From Catajapyx aquilonaris (lineage: Eukaryota), in the NCBI GenBank assembly GCA_000934665.2, contig JYFJ02002417.1, forward strand, positions 1 through 57,450: 57,450 bases of DNA, read 5' to 3'. The notes under the pieces were generated by a model. The model saw only the letters and a list, made by a program, of their open reading frames with translations. It did not search any database and had not been told where the DNA came from. A program made the translations under genes and the position numbers. Within the stretch, counting starts at the first letter, position 1, and each line of letters opens with the position of its first letter. This document shows positions 36,069-49,898 of this stretch, one piece after another.

Positions 36069-39000
36069 TTACTTAAAATAGTCTGACCAACGAAGAGCAG
36101 GTCTAAGTGTGAAAAAGTACACCAGTTCTATTCCACTGATGAGGCTGAATCCAATAAATAAACCCACGATGCCTCCAAATGCAGCTGGTTGAAAACAACA
36201 ATGGGCCAAAATTACTGAATGTACCTAAATAAATAATCAAGAAGATGATCACTTACCAATAAGATCAACCCATTTGTACTTCGTGTCGTTTTTGTACTTG
36301 ATGTAAGTGAAGCCATCAAAATATGTTCGGAGCAACACTAGGGTGGATCTGAAATTCAAGTGAGTTTGACATCTTGCAGACAATGTGATGTTAATAATAA
36401 TAATTATTTGCACACTCACTTGTTCACTAATTTTTCAATTTCGTCAGGCAAAGCCACGTCCTCTGGACGAACAGGAAACTCTGCCGAGGTGATTTGTACG
36501 GAGTAGTCGAGCTTATCGCAATTGGACTTACACTTGGGGCATCGCATGGACTCTTCGGGGTCATCCAGGCCTTCTACATCATCTTCAGGTTTAATTGACG
36601 AAAACATTTCTGAAACAGCAAAATATGTGTATTTTTTTACTTTAAAAAGGTCGCAGCATGAATTAATAAGCCGAAGGTATTATTACTCAAATGTCTGTTG
36701 ATGCATTTAATCCCTTTGAAGTCACATGTTTTTGGTGGATCTGTAATAAAACCGTGTAATGCTTCCAGAAATGCTGTTATTAAAAACTCTGGCTTACCAA
36801 TTTGGGAATATATGTAGGGTATACATTTGCATTTCTTATACATCATTTCCACTGTGCATTCCAATAGACAGTTGGCATGAGAGTATGACTCGTAGAATTT
36901 GAGTCCTCTTTCGTCTGTGAATTTGCATTTCCTGCTTGGGCTGGCCCTGACATCCTTTGTGCTTTGGGTGTAACTCGCTTCAATGGCCGCAAATATCTCT
37001 TTGCCCGCGTCTGCCAGGAATCCCTGGGTTGCAACGTAAGGGAAATCATTCGGATGGTGAATAGTCACTTTGAATCCATCGATGTTGTCGGTAGGAGCAA
37101 GATAGTCTGAGATTTCTGGGTTCAACAGGACCGTAAGACCCATCGTAGGACCAGCTCCGTTCACTCTTTTAGGTTTGAACGGTTTGGGTTCATTGTTATT
37201 GCTTAAAGGCACCGTTTGTTCTTCGCCAGACACTAATTTTTCAGTCTCCTCATTTCCATCAGATTCTGAAGTAGTGTCGTTCAGGGGAGTTTCATCGTAA
37301 AGGTCACTCTCATACCTGCGAAAGCAGAAAATGTTGAAATTAAAAGAGAATCAAAACTGCCCACAAAAATAAAATAATGTAACCAGAAATTCTCAACTAG
37401 AGCACTACCAGTATGTACGAGTAAAATTTTAAATATCGGTAATAAGTGAAACTACTCTAACAAGATTGTATGAGATGGGACCTAAAATCTGCAATAAATA
37501 AACAACTAAATAAATGCAAGACAAAAAGCTTCCTTCAGAAATTCTGGAATATCTGTCATTCATTCATTCATTCATCAGCTTTATTTATTTCATTAGGTCG
37601 GCTGCAGCAACTGCCACTTTGCCAATCTGTGCATAAGAGATGTTACTTATTGGACCACCTTGCATGTCATACTTTGGAATTTCCTTCCTTAGACCTTCAG
37701 AATTAAAGGACCAGCAAAATCCCTCGTCGGTTCTACGCAGCTCAAATATTGTTTGGCAATTTACAGGCTTGCCAATCCACCAGCAACGAATTGCCATTCT
37801 TTCTATCGGCTGGATAACCTGCAACAAACATAAAAATATATTTTTTTCTGACTGAAGTCTATAAAACAATGCTATCCAAAGATGAATCAGAAAATGGAAA
37901 ACAACCGAATTCATGAGGGAATCCGATAAATTTTTGTTTTCTCGAAAAAGTTGTTCTAATAAGGAGTCTTCATCATGTCCATCATCATCCAGAGACACAT
38001 CTCCAATCGCTACCAGGACCTTTACTGCTTTTTCCATTATGTCGGAATCACGCTGATAGTACTGATACCACCTGAAAAAAAAGCAAATGAAATATTAGTA
38101 CAGCATTATATTTTATCACTTATCCATCCGACTAGGTTTGGTTGCATCAGTAATAATCACTTTGTACAATTTGAGGAGCTCCCAAGCAAAAGCAGCTAAC
38201 TCCATAATAAGAACTTGTACAGGAGAGGAGAAAAACCTGCCATTTGGAAACGGTTGCAACGGTATAGCTGATAGGGGAAGTCATGAGATGGCATTTTTAT
38301 GCATTTTTAAACGTAAGCTGCTTTTGCTTGATACAAACTTATTTCACGGCTTGGAGTTAGCTGGTTTTGCTTAGGACACGCATATTATGGACCATTTTAC
38401 ACCCATTTCTATGTGGCTGTGATGCACCATATTTGGGTACTTGGTAGAGGACAACATGGAGAATTCAATCCCAGTTCAAACTCATTTTTCCATTTTATAT
38501 TGGAGTTAGCTGCTTTTGCTCGGGAGCTCCTCATTTTGGTCTGTACACTTACGGTTTCATGCGTGAAACTGCGTTAATCCTTTCACGCGACGCTTTGTTC
38601 ACATTACAGATTGTAACTCCAGGGAACGGAATTTCCCAAATTGGGCGTCCAGTTGACTCAATAGCTGTCGCTGTCTCGCCTTGTGCATATGTTTGAAAGT
38701 ATGGTGTCAACAGTATGATGGCCCCGACAATTGCTCCTACGCAACATAAAAACCACACGATCCTGGAACACAAAAGAGTGATTCATCTTCCGCAATAATA
38801 TCATTATCATTATCGCACCTTTCAAATTTGTATGTCTCCTCGTCAACAATGTACTTGAACCCGTGCAATGATGTGTTGTTGCAATATTCTTTCATTGTTT
38901 CTTCCAAGAAATCCATTGGAGTGTTAGTGTTCCTTCCGCTACAATATGCCGGATTGTTGGCCAAATTCGCGATGGTTTTTTTCGCTTCCCATGCCTTCAG

Positions 39001-39539
39001 AGGTCGAGCGAATTCTTCATTATTTATGTAATGACTCGTAATGTCTGTGCTTCTCGATGGACCAGGTGTCACAAATGAACTGACTTGAGGACATCCTGTA
39101 TCTATATATAGAAAACAATAAAAATATCAAAAGATCCCTTTGCAATTGAAGTTCATCACCATAATATAGGTTACAATGCAACTTCTAACAATGTAAGTCA
39201 TACCTCTCCGTCGAAGTGTCGCTTTCAGAGGTTTGGACAACTCTTCTTTCATTATTGTGAACATTTCATTCAGACGCCTTCCGCGTAAATCCCTCGCATT
39301 GTTGCTCCCATGCACGTTGCCTTGTAATGAAAGCAATTAAGCTCATTGATTTAGTTCCGCACAAAGTGTGTCGCATTGCACAACATTACGCTCTCAGCTT
39401 GTTATCGTAACATTTGTGAGTGTACACCAACACTGCTACCATTAAATGAGCTAATTCGCAAATTCTAATAAAATGCCAAAATACTGTACATTATTACTTC
39501 AGCAAAATATTTACCTTCCAGCCTTCTTCCCAAATCCAT
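36069..39539 (-). CDS. ppk: Pickpocket / DEG-ENaC sodium channel subunit (multi-exon)
   Basis: Motifs 'EYCNNTSLHGFKYI' (HG motif), TM1, 'PFPGVTICNVN', 'TDEGFCWSFN', 'GLTVLLN', 'YSHANCLLEC...CKCIPY', 'CPKCKSNC' and TM2 'FGGIVGLFIGFSLISGIELVYFF'. Splice phases are compatible from ATG 39539 (MDLGRRLEG); the stop is most simply TAA at 36071-36069. Confidence 0.9.
38173..38532. mobile_element. MITE in ppk intron, 32-bp TIRs with GAGG...CCTC ends and ATTT TSD (Sola-like)
   Basis: GAGGAGCTCCCAAGCAAAAGCAGCTAACTCCA matches the reverse complement of TGGAGTTAGCTGCTTTTGCTCGGGAGCTCCTC with 1 mismatch. ATTT lies at 38169-38172 and 38533-38536, and a partial internal TIR copy is at ~38351. Confidence 0.82.
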
Positions 39540-41509
39540 TTCCGTCACTGTCAGACGTTACTCTCACTTTATTCCTTTCGTTTTAATTATGTGTATTTCT
39601 AATTACCTCTAGACACATTAAAATATCTACTGCTGGCTTTAAGGTCCTGTTGTCACTATTTTGCTGTCCAGAAACTTGGATACTCAATTCTCATGTCGAT
39701 GAACAAAAAAATGTTTCCATGACTTTCAGACAATGATGGGCCAGTACAATCAATACCAGGAACAATTCATGTACTCTAAAGGCTCAATTGATTCCAAGCC
39801 TGTTCGTGCAGGCGATAATAATACAAGTGTGACCATTGAGACATTATTTTTTTTGTCACCAGGTCGGCGTCAGGTAATTGCAAAAATCACAATGTAATAC
39901 TGATAGCCTACACTAAGCGAAAAAATCATTGGAGAATTCAAAATACTCTGTACTACTACAACACAAATGCATGTTTCAAACACCTCAACCACAGACGCGA
40001 CACAAAATTAATGAAAAATAATCACCAAGCAACGTCGGTGACTCAGTAAACACTGAGTGACCCAGCCGTACGCTGAAAAAGTAATTAAAAAGTCAGACGT
40101 ACTATCAACAATCTGAGATCCCATTTATTCCATTGACAGGTCTGAAAGTACAACACCATGACTTTTTAGGTTATCACCTACAGCTTCACATCGACTTGGC
40201 TCTGGAATAGATGCGCACACCCACAGTGGCGTAGGAACAACATTTTTCGCACAACTGCAGCAGTTTAAGTACAAATCTTTCTTTTCGCGCCATCAGCCTC
40301 CAACTTGCAATGAAAATATATGGGAAGCAGAACCATTGGAATCAATAATAAGCCTTCAATACTGCGCAAGTACTAACGCCAGCAGTCGTCACAACTAGTT
40401 TTTTTCTTCTCATTAAAATTGGTAAAACTGCAACGTCTTTACAACTCAACAAACTTAATAGTTTACATCCTACTGGAAAAACTTTGTCTCGTCAACTGCA
40501 ACATGTGTACATTCTAACAATGTGAGATATTCGTTGAAAAAATATAATAGGCCTAAATGTTACAAATTAAAAATGTTATGTGTACGCAGCCTCTGAATAC
40601 AACAGACTACAAAAAGCTTGGCCATTTGCAGGATATGGATACTTTTTTTTTTTTCCTCTTCAACAACACATGCCACATCTACGCATTTCAAGTGTTAACA
40701 CTCTGGAAAATCTCTTGTGTTTACCCTTAAAAGAAAACACACTTCAACACCTCTCTCACTGTACAAATTCCCCTCAAGATTATTCATAAACGTTTCTCAC
40801 TAAACACTGCCACACTGGGAAGTTTGGGAAAAGGAGAAATCATAACAAAAAAACAAAACCACATTGCGATTCCAAAAAAAAAATTGACAAGCCCTTGCCT
40901 GCTGCCCACAAAAATATTGATATACTGTAGCCCTGAGAGGAATGCTTTGTTGTCGAATCAATATCTAGGAACAGCATCATACATTTTTTTTTTTTTCCTT
41001 TTAAGGGGAAGGTTTTACATACAGTGTTGTGTAGTGCACAGGTACTTGTAAAACACATCTTGGCCAGCGAACACTAAGGCACCTCTACGATTTAGAGCAG
41101 GGTGGATATTAATAAATTTTCAAGGAGGGGGGTTCATCCTAATGCAATGTAACCACCACATGCTTTTTTGCTATGCGTCTACTCTGGTTTTAGTGAACCG
41201 AAACTGAAATCCGAGGCTGAGCAAAGATAAGAAAACAAAGCCACGATTAACCATTGGCACTACGACATAGTGGAAAAAACACCATTGTTATCTCTTGTGT
41301 TCATTTTTTTTCCCGCCGCCTCAACTCAGCTCCAGGCCGAACAATCACACTCCAGGTAACAGTTCATTTGTGAACCACTCCTTTTTCTTCCCTTTTCATA
41401 CAAAATTTTTCTCATGAATGACATGTGTCACTGAAATGTCCTCTTTGTCTACAACCACTCTCCTCGAGTGATTATAATGGCCTGATAGGCTACTAAAATT
41501 AATTCTTTT

Positions 41510-44500
41510 TTAATTCCCAAACGAGTAGCACAGTAGAACTAGTGGAAGCAGAGTGTTGAGTAGCCATAGAATTCGGCGCCATGGGAATGTGGATGCACCA
41601 CTGACACAGTTTGCAGGGTCTTCCTGTAAATACAAAATGTGGCGCATTAATATCAGAGTCGCACGGAAATGACAATGCAAAATAGTCTGGAAATAATTTT
41701 TCGCATAATCTCCACCCCCAAATCTAAGCTGAGCGCACATATCATGAGTTACTTACCAGTTCATGCCTATCATAGCAGAGTTCTGGTCGCCGCCGATACA
41801 AACTTGAATTCCCACAAAACTCTGGACCTTTGTCTGAAATACATAAAGCATGATTAGTATCCTGAACTACAATCACAGTTTCCCTCCGACTTAATTAAAT
41901 GCTGTGTAACAAAATATACATGTACGTTTAGCTCACCTTCTTTTGGCGCCTGTGGCAATGGCTCTGGTGCAGACTCGCACTGACATGGAAGAGCCGCCAC
42001 CATGAGCAAAGTGTTAGTCTTCTCCACCCGAGCAGTTGAGAACCACCGCTGGCACTCCCCGCATATGAACTGTCCTTGTCTCACGCCCCCAGCATTACCC
42101 TGGTAATAACGAGCCGATTTCGTGATGCAAGGTCGTGGTGGCTCCTCCAGAGGTTGCGAGAACAGGCCTGGTTTCTGCTGGAATTCAGGCAGGGCATCTG
42201 CTGAATGCGGGACCCACCAGAGCAGGAGAGAGTAAATGTAGGTTCGAGCTAGGTCAATCAGGAGCCAAGGGTCAAGGAGTCGGGTTGGATTGAGAGACGC
42301 AAGCCATGATGGGAGGCCCAGACGGGAGGGAGAGCTGCTAGTGCGCTTCGGAAGACTGGTGCAGGTCGACTGAAAGTCATAACGGACCAGCTGGCGATAT
42401 ATGGAGTGGTTCAGCAATCCTGTCATCAGTTGCACATCATCTTCACCCAGGAACGAACCCATCTATTGATAAAAACATGAAGGGTAAAAATCCTGCGGCG
42501 CTAGTTAATTTGTAAGCTCATACATTCCCAAAATGACAAGCAGATTTCCGCACTAATTATTCTTACACACATCCACTACAAGCAACTAGCACAGACATAA
42601 AATCACCAACCTTAACTTCCGGCCGATTAGAAGCAATCACAAATCCACCTCCGTCAACCAAGTAGCAGACAAGCTGGTCCGTGTCTTCGCAACTCCAGTG
42701 TCCTCTGGTTTTTACCACATCTTTGAACTCGGAGAATATGGATGTGATGTACTCGCTCTTCACATTGGCTCCCACCACTAACAAAATGAGAAAAGTAATG
42801 TTACAAAATGTTTTGTCCTAAAAGGAAGTAACGCAAGTTGAGTATAAAATGAAGCTATTATTAACCTGCAGGGACAAACTGCCTGATGCCTTGAGACAGA
42901 ATCACCCTTTTGGCGACAGTGACCACCATTTTTTCAGGCTCGTTCTCATTGCTGTCATCGTCATCTTCCTCGGCAATCTCATTATTATCGTCGTCGTCGT
43001 CGTCGTGAATTCCAGTGGTTCTCACGGTGTTAATGGAGAAGATGGCATCTGGAGACATAGCAGCCATGCGAAAGACGGTGTTGTTGTACACGTTGGCCCA
43101 TGAACGGTAGTGACTAGCAGCACTGTAAGCAAAAACAAGACAGCACAATGTAAAGCACTTGTCTCGAAGCATTGTAGTTTCCGTAACAATACAACTCACG
43201 TCCTAGGATGAACGATGGTTAGTCCGCCATCAGTCGCCACAAACCGACTGTCAACAAAGTCACTCTCCTTTCCTCTGTTCCAACTGTCAAGCAAACTCTG
43301 CACTGCTCGCTGATCCCATAGCAGATGTTGAACAAGGTGATGATCACATTTGTCATAACGTGACTTAATTGCCCGACTCAAATTGCGCACTATGTCATAA
43401 TGCAGCCCTTTCATAACCCGCTTGTCACAAAACTTCCATGGTGGCAGGAATGTCGCATGTGGATCAACTCTGTCTAGCCCAACAGTCGAATCTTCACCAT
43501 CAACATCCATCTGCATCTGATCCTCAGGCATTGCTAAACCCAGGCTAAAAGTCGACTCCTTAACAGGCGTGAAGTAGTACTTGAGCTTCAATGGCATTGA
43601 GGTCCGATCATCAAGTATCAGATGACTGGTCATGAGGTAAGAGCCTCTCTTTCCATCTATCATATCCTTTCGTAAGGTTTCCAGTTTGGAAGAGGGTGCT
43701 TCTGCATAGATCATGTCGATATCTGGTGGATCCTCCACGAAGACACGCACATGCCTGTGCACGTACGGATGGAACAGGACGTACCCATTTCGATCAATAG
43801 CGAAACTGTAGCCATGCGAGCCCATGCTCTCCCATGGGGTGAAATCCACCATGGTGCTCACAGGCACGTCAACTCCAACCACACCCAGCAAGGTCTGGTT
43901 TCCTTGCCGATGCTGTGATGAACAAAAAAATAATCACATGATCCTTCTAAAACAATATAGTATTTCTCTAGCAATTAAGAAAGTGAATGTGCATAAAAAA
44001 AGACACACACAAAAGTAAATGTAATGACTCTAATTTACCTACCGAGTTGCTGAACACAGGCAGCGTCACAGTGGTCATCATACCCAATCCCTGCAAATGA
44101 AAATATATATTATTATTCACAGCTAAAATAATCTGATCAGGCATTCCCAAAATCCTGGCAATTACAAAATTTTACTTAAAATAATGTGCATGTTGCAAAA
44201 AAAATGTGACGATGCTCACAATGCAAAACTTACGACTACTGTAGAAATAAAAAAGAATGACAAGCAACACACCTTTTTGCAGCTCATGCCACATACGACA
44301 CAGGCGAGTGGAAGCTAGACATATCCTGCAGAAATAATGTGAAACATAACATAATGTAGAGGCCATGCAGTACAAGAATTTGTGAAATGTAGCAAAAAAA
44401 TCTATTATAAAAAGGGAGTGGAATCTATTTCAAACACCAGCGAGAAATGTTTTGAATCGACATGCTCTCGAAGGCACGGATTGTGAGAAATTTCCTTTTC

Positions 44501-46922
44501 CAACAAAAATCTCGTTGCTATTATAATTCAGTTCGTTTTACCCTATTTATCCATTAAAACTGGCTGATCTAAATGTCATTTTTTGTGAATTTGAATAATT
44601 GGAGTGTTTCACTTGCGTGAGGTAATAAAACAAATGGATTCAACAAGTAAATTATGTTTGAGAAAATGGACATGGCAGGAGCTAACAGCCAAAGTGAAAC
44701 GAAAAGTTCAAAACCGCTCTTGAAGCAAAAGTTACTTTTTTAAATATTTTAATAACCAGTTCAATTACCACTACCTATGAGTGGATTCTCTATAGTAAAA
44801 TATTCCCTTTTGTGTACAATAAAATGAATGGGTCCAAATTATCTTACAGATTATTATTAAATTAGCAAAAATATAATACTACTGGCACATTGAACCTAAT
44901 TCCACTACCTAACAATATAAACAGTGCAATGAACATAGCGAATGTTCTCTCACAGCCGCATCCTGATAAAAGTTGCTCCACTGAAATAGTTGAGTGTTCC
45001 CGCTAAGTACTAGCGGTATGCTCAAGAACTTGACATAGTCGTGTATCTTCTTTCGTACTGACTCCAGCGCCACAATCTGACTGTGAAATCCGGTAGTATT
45101 GCAAGCCAGCATCTTAAGCGTAACAGTCGGGATCGGATGCGGTCCAACAGCCACCGTAAAAATCCTGACGTTCTGAGTAACCGGATCGGACAAGTAGGTG
45201 TCCAGGACTTCTTGAGGCCATTCGGTGCTGCCGTCACTAAATAGCATGATAGCCTTGTGACAGTCGGCTCCTTCCCAGGTATTGCGACTGAGTTCAAAGG
45301 TTCGGATGGCCTCAAAAGCAAAGGTGAGTGCATTGGCATAGTTGGTAAGGTTGCCTTCCTCCAGAGCTTCGATGCCGTCAAACAGGATTTTCTTATGCTG
45401 GCTGTTGGCGTTCACCAGTGTGTTGAAGCACGGGACTATCCAGCCCACATCGGTGTTGAACTGAAAGACAGATTCAGGGAATCACTCTTTTTGGCCACGT
45501 CAACACGAAGGTAACAAAATGCCAACCTACGCAGCTACAATCTACGCAATGATTTACGGTTACTAGACTCACCCATGCGATATTAACATAATCATTCTCG
45601 CCCAAAGTGTTAAGCAGTGCTTTGACGGCTGCCTTCTCTATCTTGAATGTTTGGCCATGAACGCTCCCACTCCTGTAACATTTCGGAAGTTGTAAGCAAA
45701 AGCTTTCCAGTAAAAATTAACTGCTAAACTCACGTGTCAATTAAAACCATTATATCCTTAGGTGAAGCAGCGGCCTGAATGTACCAGGGACGTCTCCGGG
45801 CATCGAACATGTCCGGCAAATCTGGATTTTCTGGCCATCTAAAAAATTAGTTTGTGATATAAGTCACACGCATGCTCCATTATGTTTAAAAATGTCATAC
45901 TTGAATGCAGGATAGATCCGCATGTATCCAGCCTGATCGCCAAAAAATTGCCATCGCAAGCTTGGATCTTTCTCAATATTCTCTTTGAAGACACCATCCA
46001 GAGCAGCAGACCATTTGACACCATTCAAAACCTGGGGATCTACAACGCCAAGATTGTTAAAATTTTGCAGCATAATTTCAGAAGCTTTGTTCCTAATTAA
46101 AAAGCGATAATTACACCTACCTTTCCACCATCGCACTTTATATCTTGGGCCCATCCCTGAAATCAGAACAATGTTAGTAAGCAATTAAACCTGACACATG
46201 GAGTGAACTTACATCCTTCGTATAATTCTAACGGGACATGAACACCGGACGCAGTGTACGTCACATTTTGCTTGAAATTTGCACTGTACTCGAGTAGCGA
46301 GGAGTTTTTGAAGTCCTTCACATTCACAAAGGTGACTTCGGCCAACTCAAGTTCCTCATGGTACTCATACTCTGAAAAAGCCTTTCCAGCGGCGTCTACC
46401 AGTCGCTGGTGGTAATGAAAAACAACCCGTTAATCAACTGTCAGATTATTCATATAATTTGACAACCGAACCTGGAGTGCTTCTTTCTTTTTGCGGAAAG
46501 TGGCTGTCATCCTGTCAGCCATGTTTTGAAGCAACATTTCGCCATCTAACGGAGTGATTTTGGCATTCTTGCTTAGTTTATTATAACTCTGCAAATCAAA
46601 TTGCTCGTTAGAACAACAGTTCGAATCATAAGGTAATCAAGATGTGAAGCTCACCTCTTGCAGTAGAGTAACATTGGCAGTAGATGACGTCATAGGCTCA
46701 AGTTTTAGTTGCAATATTTTAGCCCATTCTCTCATTCTGTAAAAAATGTTTCTTGTTAATTGCATGCATACGTACACTTCTACATGGAAAATCTCGTTAT
46801 TATAAATATTTAAATGCAACGTACACTCTGAGGTTGGGCAACGTCTTGGGCTCTTCTGCACAAAGGCAGTGGAAAGCCATAATCACCATTAAAATCCTCG
46901 CCACCATTTTCTTGGGAATCAT
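41510..46922 (-). CDS. CACNA2D: Voltage-gated calcium channel alpha2-delta subunit (about 16 exons)
   Basis: Signal peptide followed by '[11 protein letters not shown]', '[10 protein letters not shown]', '[18 protein letters not shown]' and VWA MIDAS 'IDTSGSVHG...KAIMLFSDG'. Cache motifs 'LGVVGVDVP', '[16 protein letters not shown]' and '[11 protein letters not shown]'; 'YDFQSTC'; C-terminal hydrophobic tail. Confidence 0.92.
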
Positions 46923-48397
46923 TTTTGTCCAGTCACATGTAAACAGACTTTCCCATCTGAAAAAAATGCAATTTAGTGTTAAAATTACATATGAAGCGCA
47001 ACGTACTTGGCAGTATTTAGACATGTGAAACACACATTTGGCTCATAGCATGGAGTTGCGTACAAGTGACAGGAGCAATGTAATTGCCCTCACCTACAAG
47101 TGCTGTTAAAATGAAGTACGACAACCTTTAAAAACTAGCAGTTACAGAGAGACCTCGCTCTAAATATTAAACAAGGCCAAACACGCAATAAATGTAATAA
47201 ACATGTCCCATTACAAGCTTGACATCTCGTAAAATGTAGGACACCCGCCGAGCTAGGGTAATGATACAGCAGGATCCCCAAACATAATTAGAGTATGCTG
47301 CTGTTGGCACAGCTCAAAATTAGTGGTCGGCAGATGACGCACTAACCTACATGAACCAAGATATTACATGAAATACATCGACATCACGTCATTAAACTGT
47401 ACTATAATTCATTTCAAAACTAATGGCGGAAGGTGCGGAAGTCATTAGGCAATGGTTTTACTGTGCAGAATTTTGAAAACGTTAACACGGTATTCGGTTA
47501 AGATTACTGGACTTATCAGTACCTTGCTTACACAAATAGACATGTCTAATTGCAGGCTTAAACAACCAATGTGAATCAGTGTAAGATGAAAAAAAAGGGC
47601 AGAACATGTGTCTTATGTCTGCCGTACCGCCACATGGCTTCCAGTGACCAAATAAAAAGAATGGTCGGTATGACTGCCTCTTTTGGAAGCAAAAACAATG
47701 GTCTCAAGACTTGAAAAACTTTTATTAGTCTGGCTGGAGCTGTGGTAAGAAGTACAAGTTACATCTGATACCACTATGTTCCCCCTTCTGAATCATGTGC
47801 TCAATATGTTATTGCTGACACCAAACTCATCGTAACAAATTATCTACATTTGCAGTCTGAAAATCCATATGTAAAATATGCAATCAGAACAGCCAGTACA
47901 ACTAACAAATTTGTGATTATTATTTACCACTACTATATTAAATAATATCGCAATTATTGGTCACCGAATCCCATTAAATAGATTAAACAAAATTAACTCT
48001 TATAGATGCTTGTTAGCAATCATGACTTCTACCCTACCAAAAAGCACTTACGAGATAATAGCCTGTCTTATTTTTTACTACGAAACTTTCCTCTCCCGTG
48101 ACCTCAAAAACTTTTACGGACATGCATGCATGGTCCCTGACCCTTTGGAAACCACAAACTTAAGGATTACCAATATCAAAAGCTGGTGTACGAGACACAG
48201 CCTGTATTGCAAAAACGAATGGAAAAAAATACCAATCAAAATCTATATTATGTATAGTTTAATAGTGGGTTCACACTCTACATTGCAGTGGTGTCAACCC
48301 ATTCAAAACTCTATCATGCTATTCCGCTCTTCTACTTGATCATCGTCAATTTATTGGATGATTGAATTCTCAGGGAAAATATGACAGTTGTGCTTAA

Positions 48398-49191
48398 CCC
48401 CTTCGGCCCCAGATCGGCCCGAACCACACAGTTTTTGGCTTACGCGTACTCCGAAGATACGGACAAGATATTTTGCAAATAATAACAGCTATACTTACGA
48501 GAACTGGGAAAACCCTATGAATGTGTCTGGAACCATTTTACTCGTCTAGAAGTCCCTAAATTAATTTCCAAAAAAGGGCTATAATAACTCGAAATTGGAC
48601 TACTGCCGCCCAACTTTGAGGCTGATTTGATTATGAAATGCGTGAAAATATGCGGAATAACAACCATGAGAACTATGCCAGACGAATTTGCTGAAATCGT
48701 CGTACTTCATGAGAAATAAATATTTATTTTTTCTTTCTAGCACTTCGGAAAACTCCTAAATGAGTATGAGATGAATTTTCTGAAATCGTCGTACTTCATG
48801 AGAAACAAATAAATTTGGGAGTTTTCCGAAGTTTTCCGAAGTGCCAGAAAGCCGCAAATAAGTATTAATTTATTTCTCGCAAAGTACGACGATTTCAGCA
48901 AATTCGTCTGGCATGGTTCTCATGGTTGTTATTCCGCATATTTTCACGCATTTCATAATCAAATCAGCCTAAAAGTTGGGCGGCAGTAGTCCAATTTCGA
49001 GTTATTATAGCCCTTTTTTGGAAATTAATTTAGGGACTTCTAGACGAGTAAAATGGTTCCAGACACATTCATAGGGTTTTCCCAGATCTCGTAAGTATAG
49101 CTGTCATTATTTGCAAAATATCTTGTCCGTATCTTCGGAGTACGCGTAAGCCAAAAACTGTGTGTTTCGGGCCGATCTGGGGCCGAAGGGG
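48398..49191. mobile_element. Nearly fully palindromic piggyBac-like non-autonomous element
   Basis: TTAA|CCCCTTCGGCCCCAGATCGGCCCG ... CGGGCCGATCTGGGGCCGAAGGGG|TTAA, with inverted arms >300 bp and few mismatches. Confidence 0.9.
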
Positions 49192-49834
49192 TTAACTGAT
49201 GGCCAATAAATACATACGGTAACTTGCACGCGCTTTATTAGGAAGAACGATTCAAAATGACCTAGTAAACTTATGAAGTAACCTGGTTACATTTTAAGCT
49301 AGAAAAAGCCATTGTAATTGGCATTTTAATATTATTAAAATTAGTGCCTGTGTCATTTATTACTTCCTCTTTTGTTCATCATTCTTCGTCAGCATCTTTT
49401 CAGTGCTGTCTGCTTACTTGAAACAGTGTAAGGTAAATAAGCTCGATAACTTCTGTATAATTTGTTTCGCCATGTGCGTGTATCCAACCTACTTCTGTGG
49501 GTTGCTTGTAAAGCGCACACAATTTCTGAATTTATTGGCCACCACTTCTATATGACAGCCTTATTTTCCCCATGAAAACACGTTCAGCTATCTTAACAAT
49601 GAACATTACTGCCATACAAGTTAAGTCCACCAAGTCCGATAACCCAGTTTCAGGCTAATCGAAGGCCAAGGTATGATCTTGTACTGGCATGTTAAACAGA
49701 AAATAGTACTGGCTTGCTGGCTAATTGCATACATTTTGGACTAATGAGGCGATAGAGCTGAAAAAATGTGGACTTGACGTTTCACTCGCACATTTACCCG
49801 TCACTTTTTAGAATGCTCACAAGATAGAACTGGA

Positions 49835-49842
49835 CATCATCA

Positions 49843-49886
<44 letters not shown>
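49835..49886. repeat. (CAT)n(ATT)n microsatellite
   Basis: Direct reading. Confidence 0.9.
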
Positions 49887-49888
<2 letters not shown>

Positions 49889-49898
49889 TGCAGAACCA

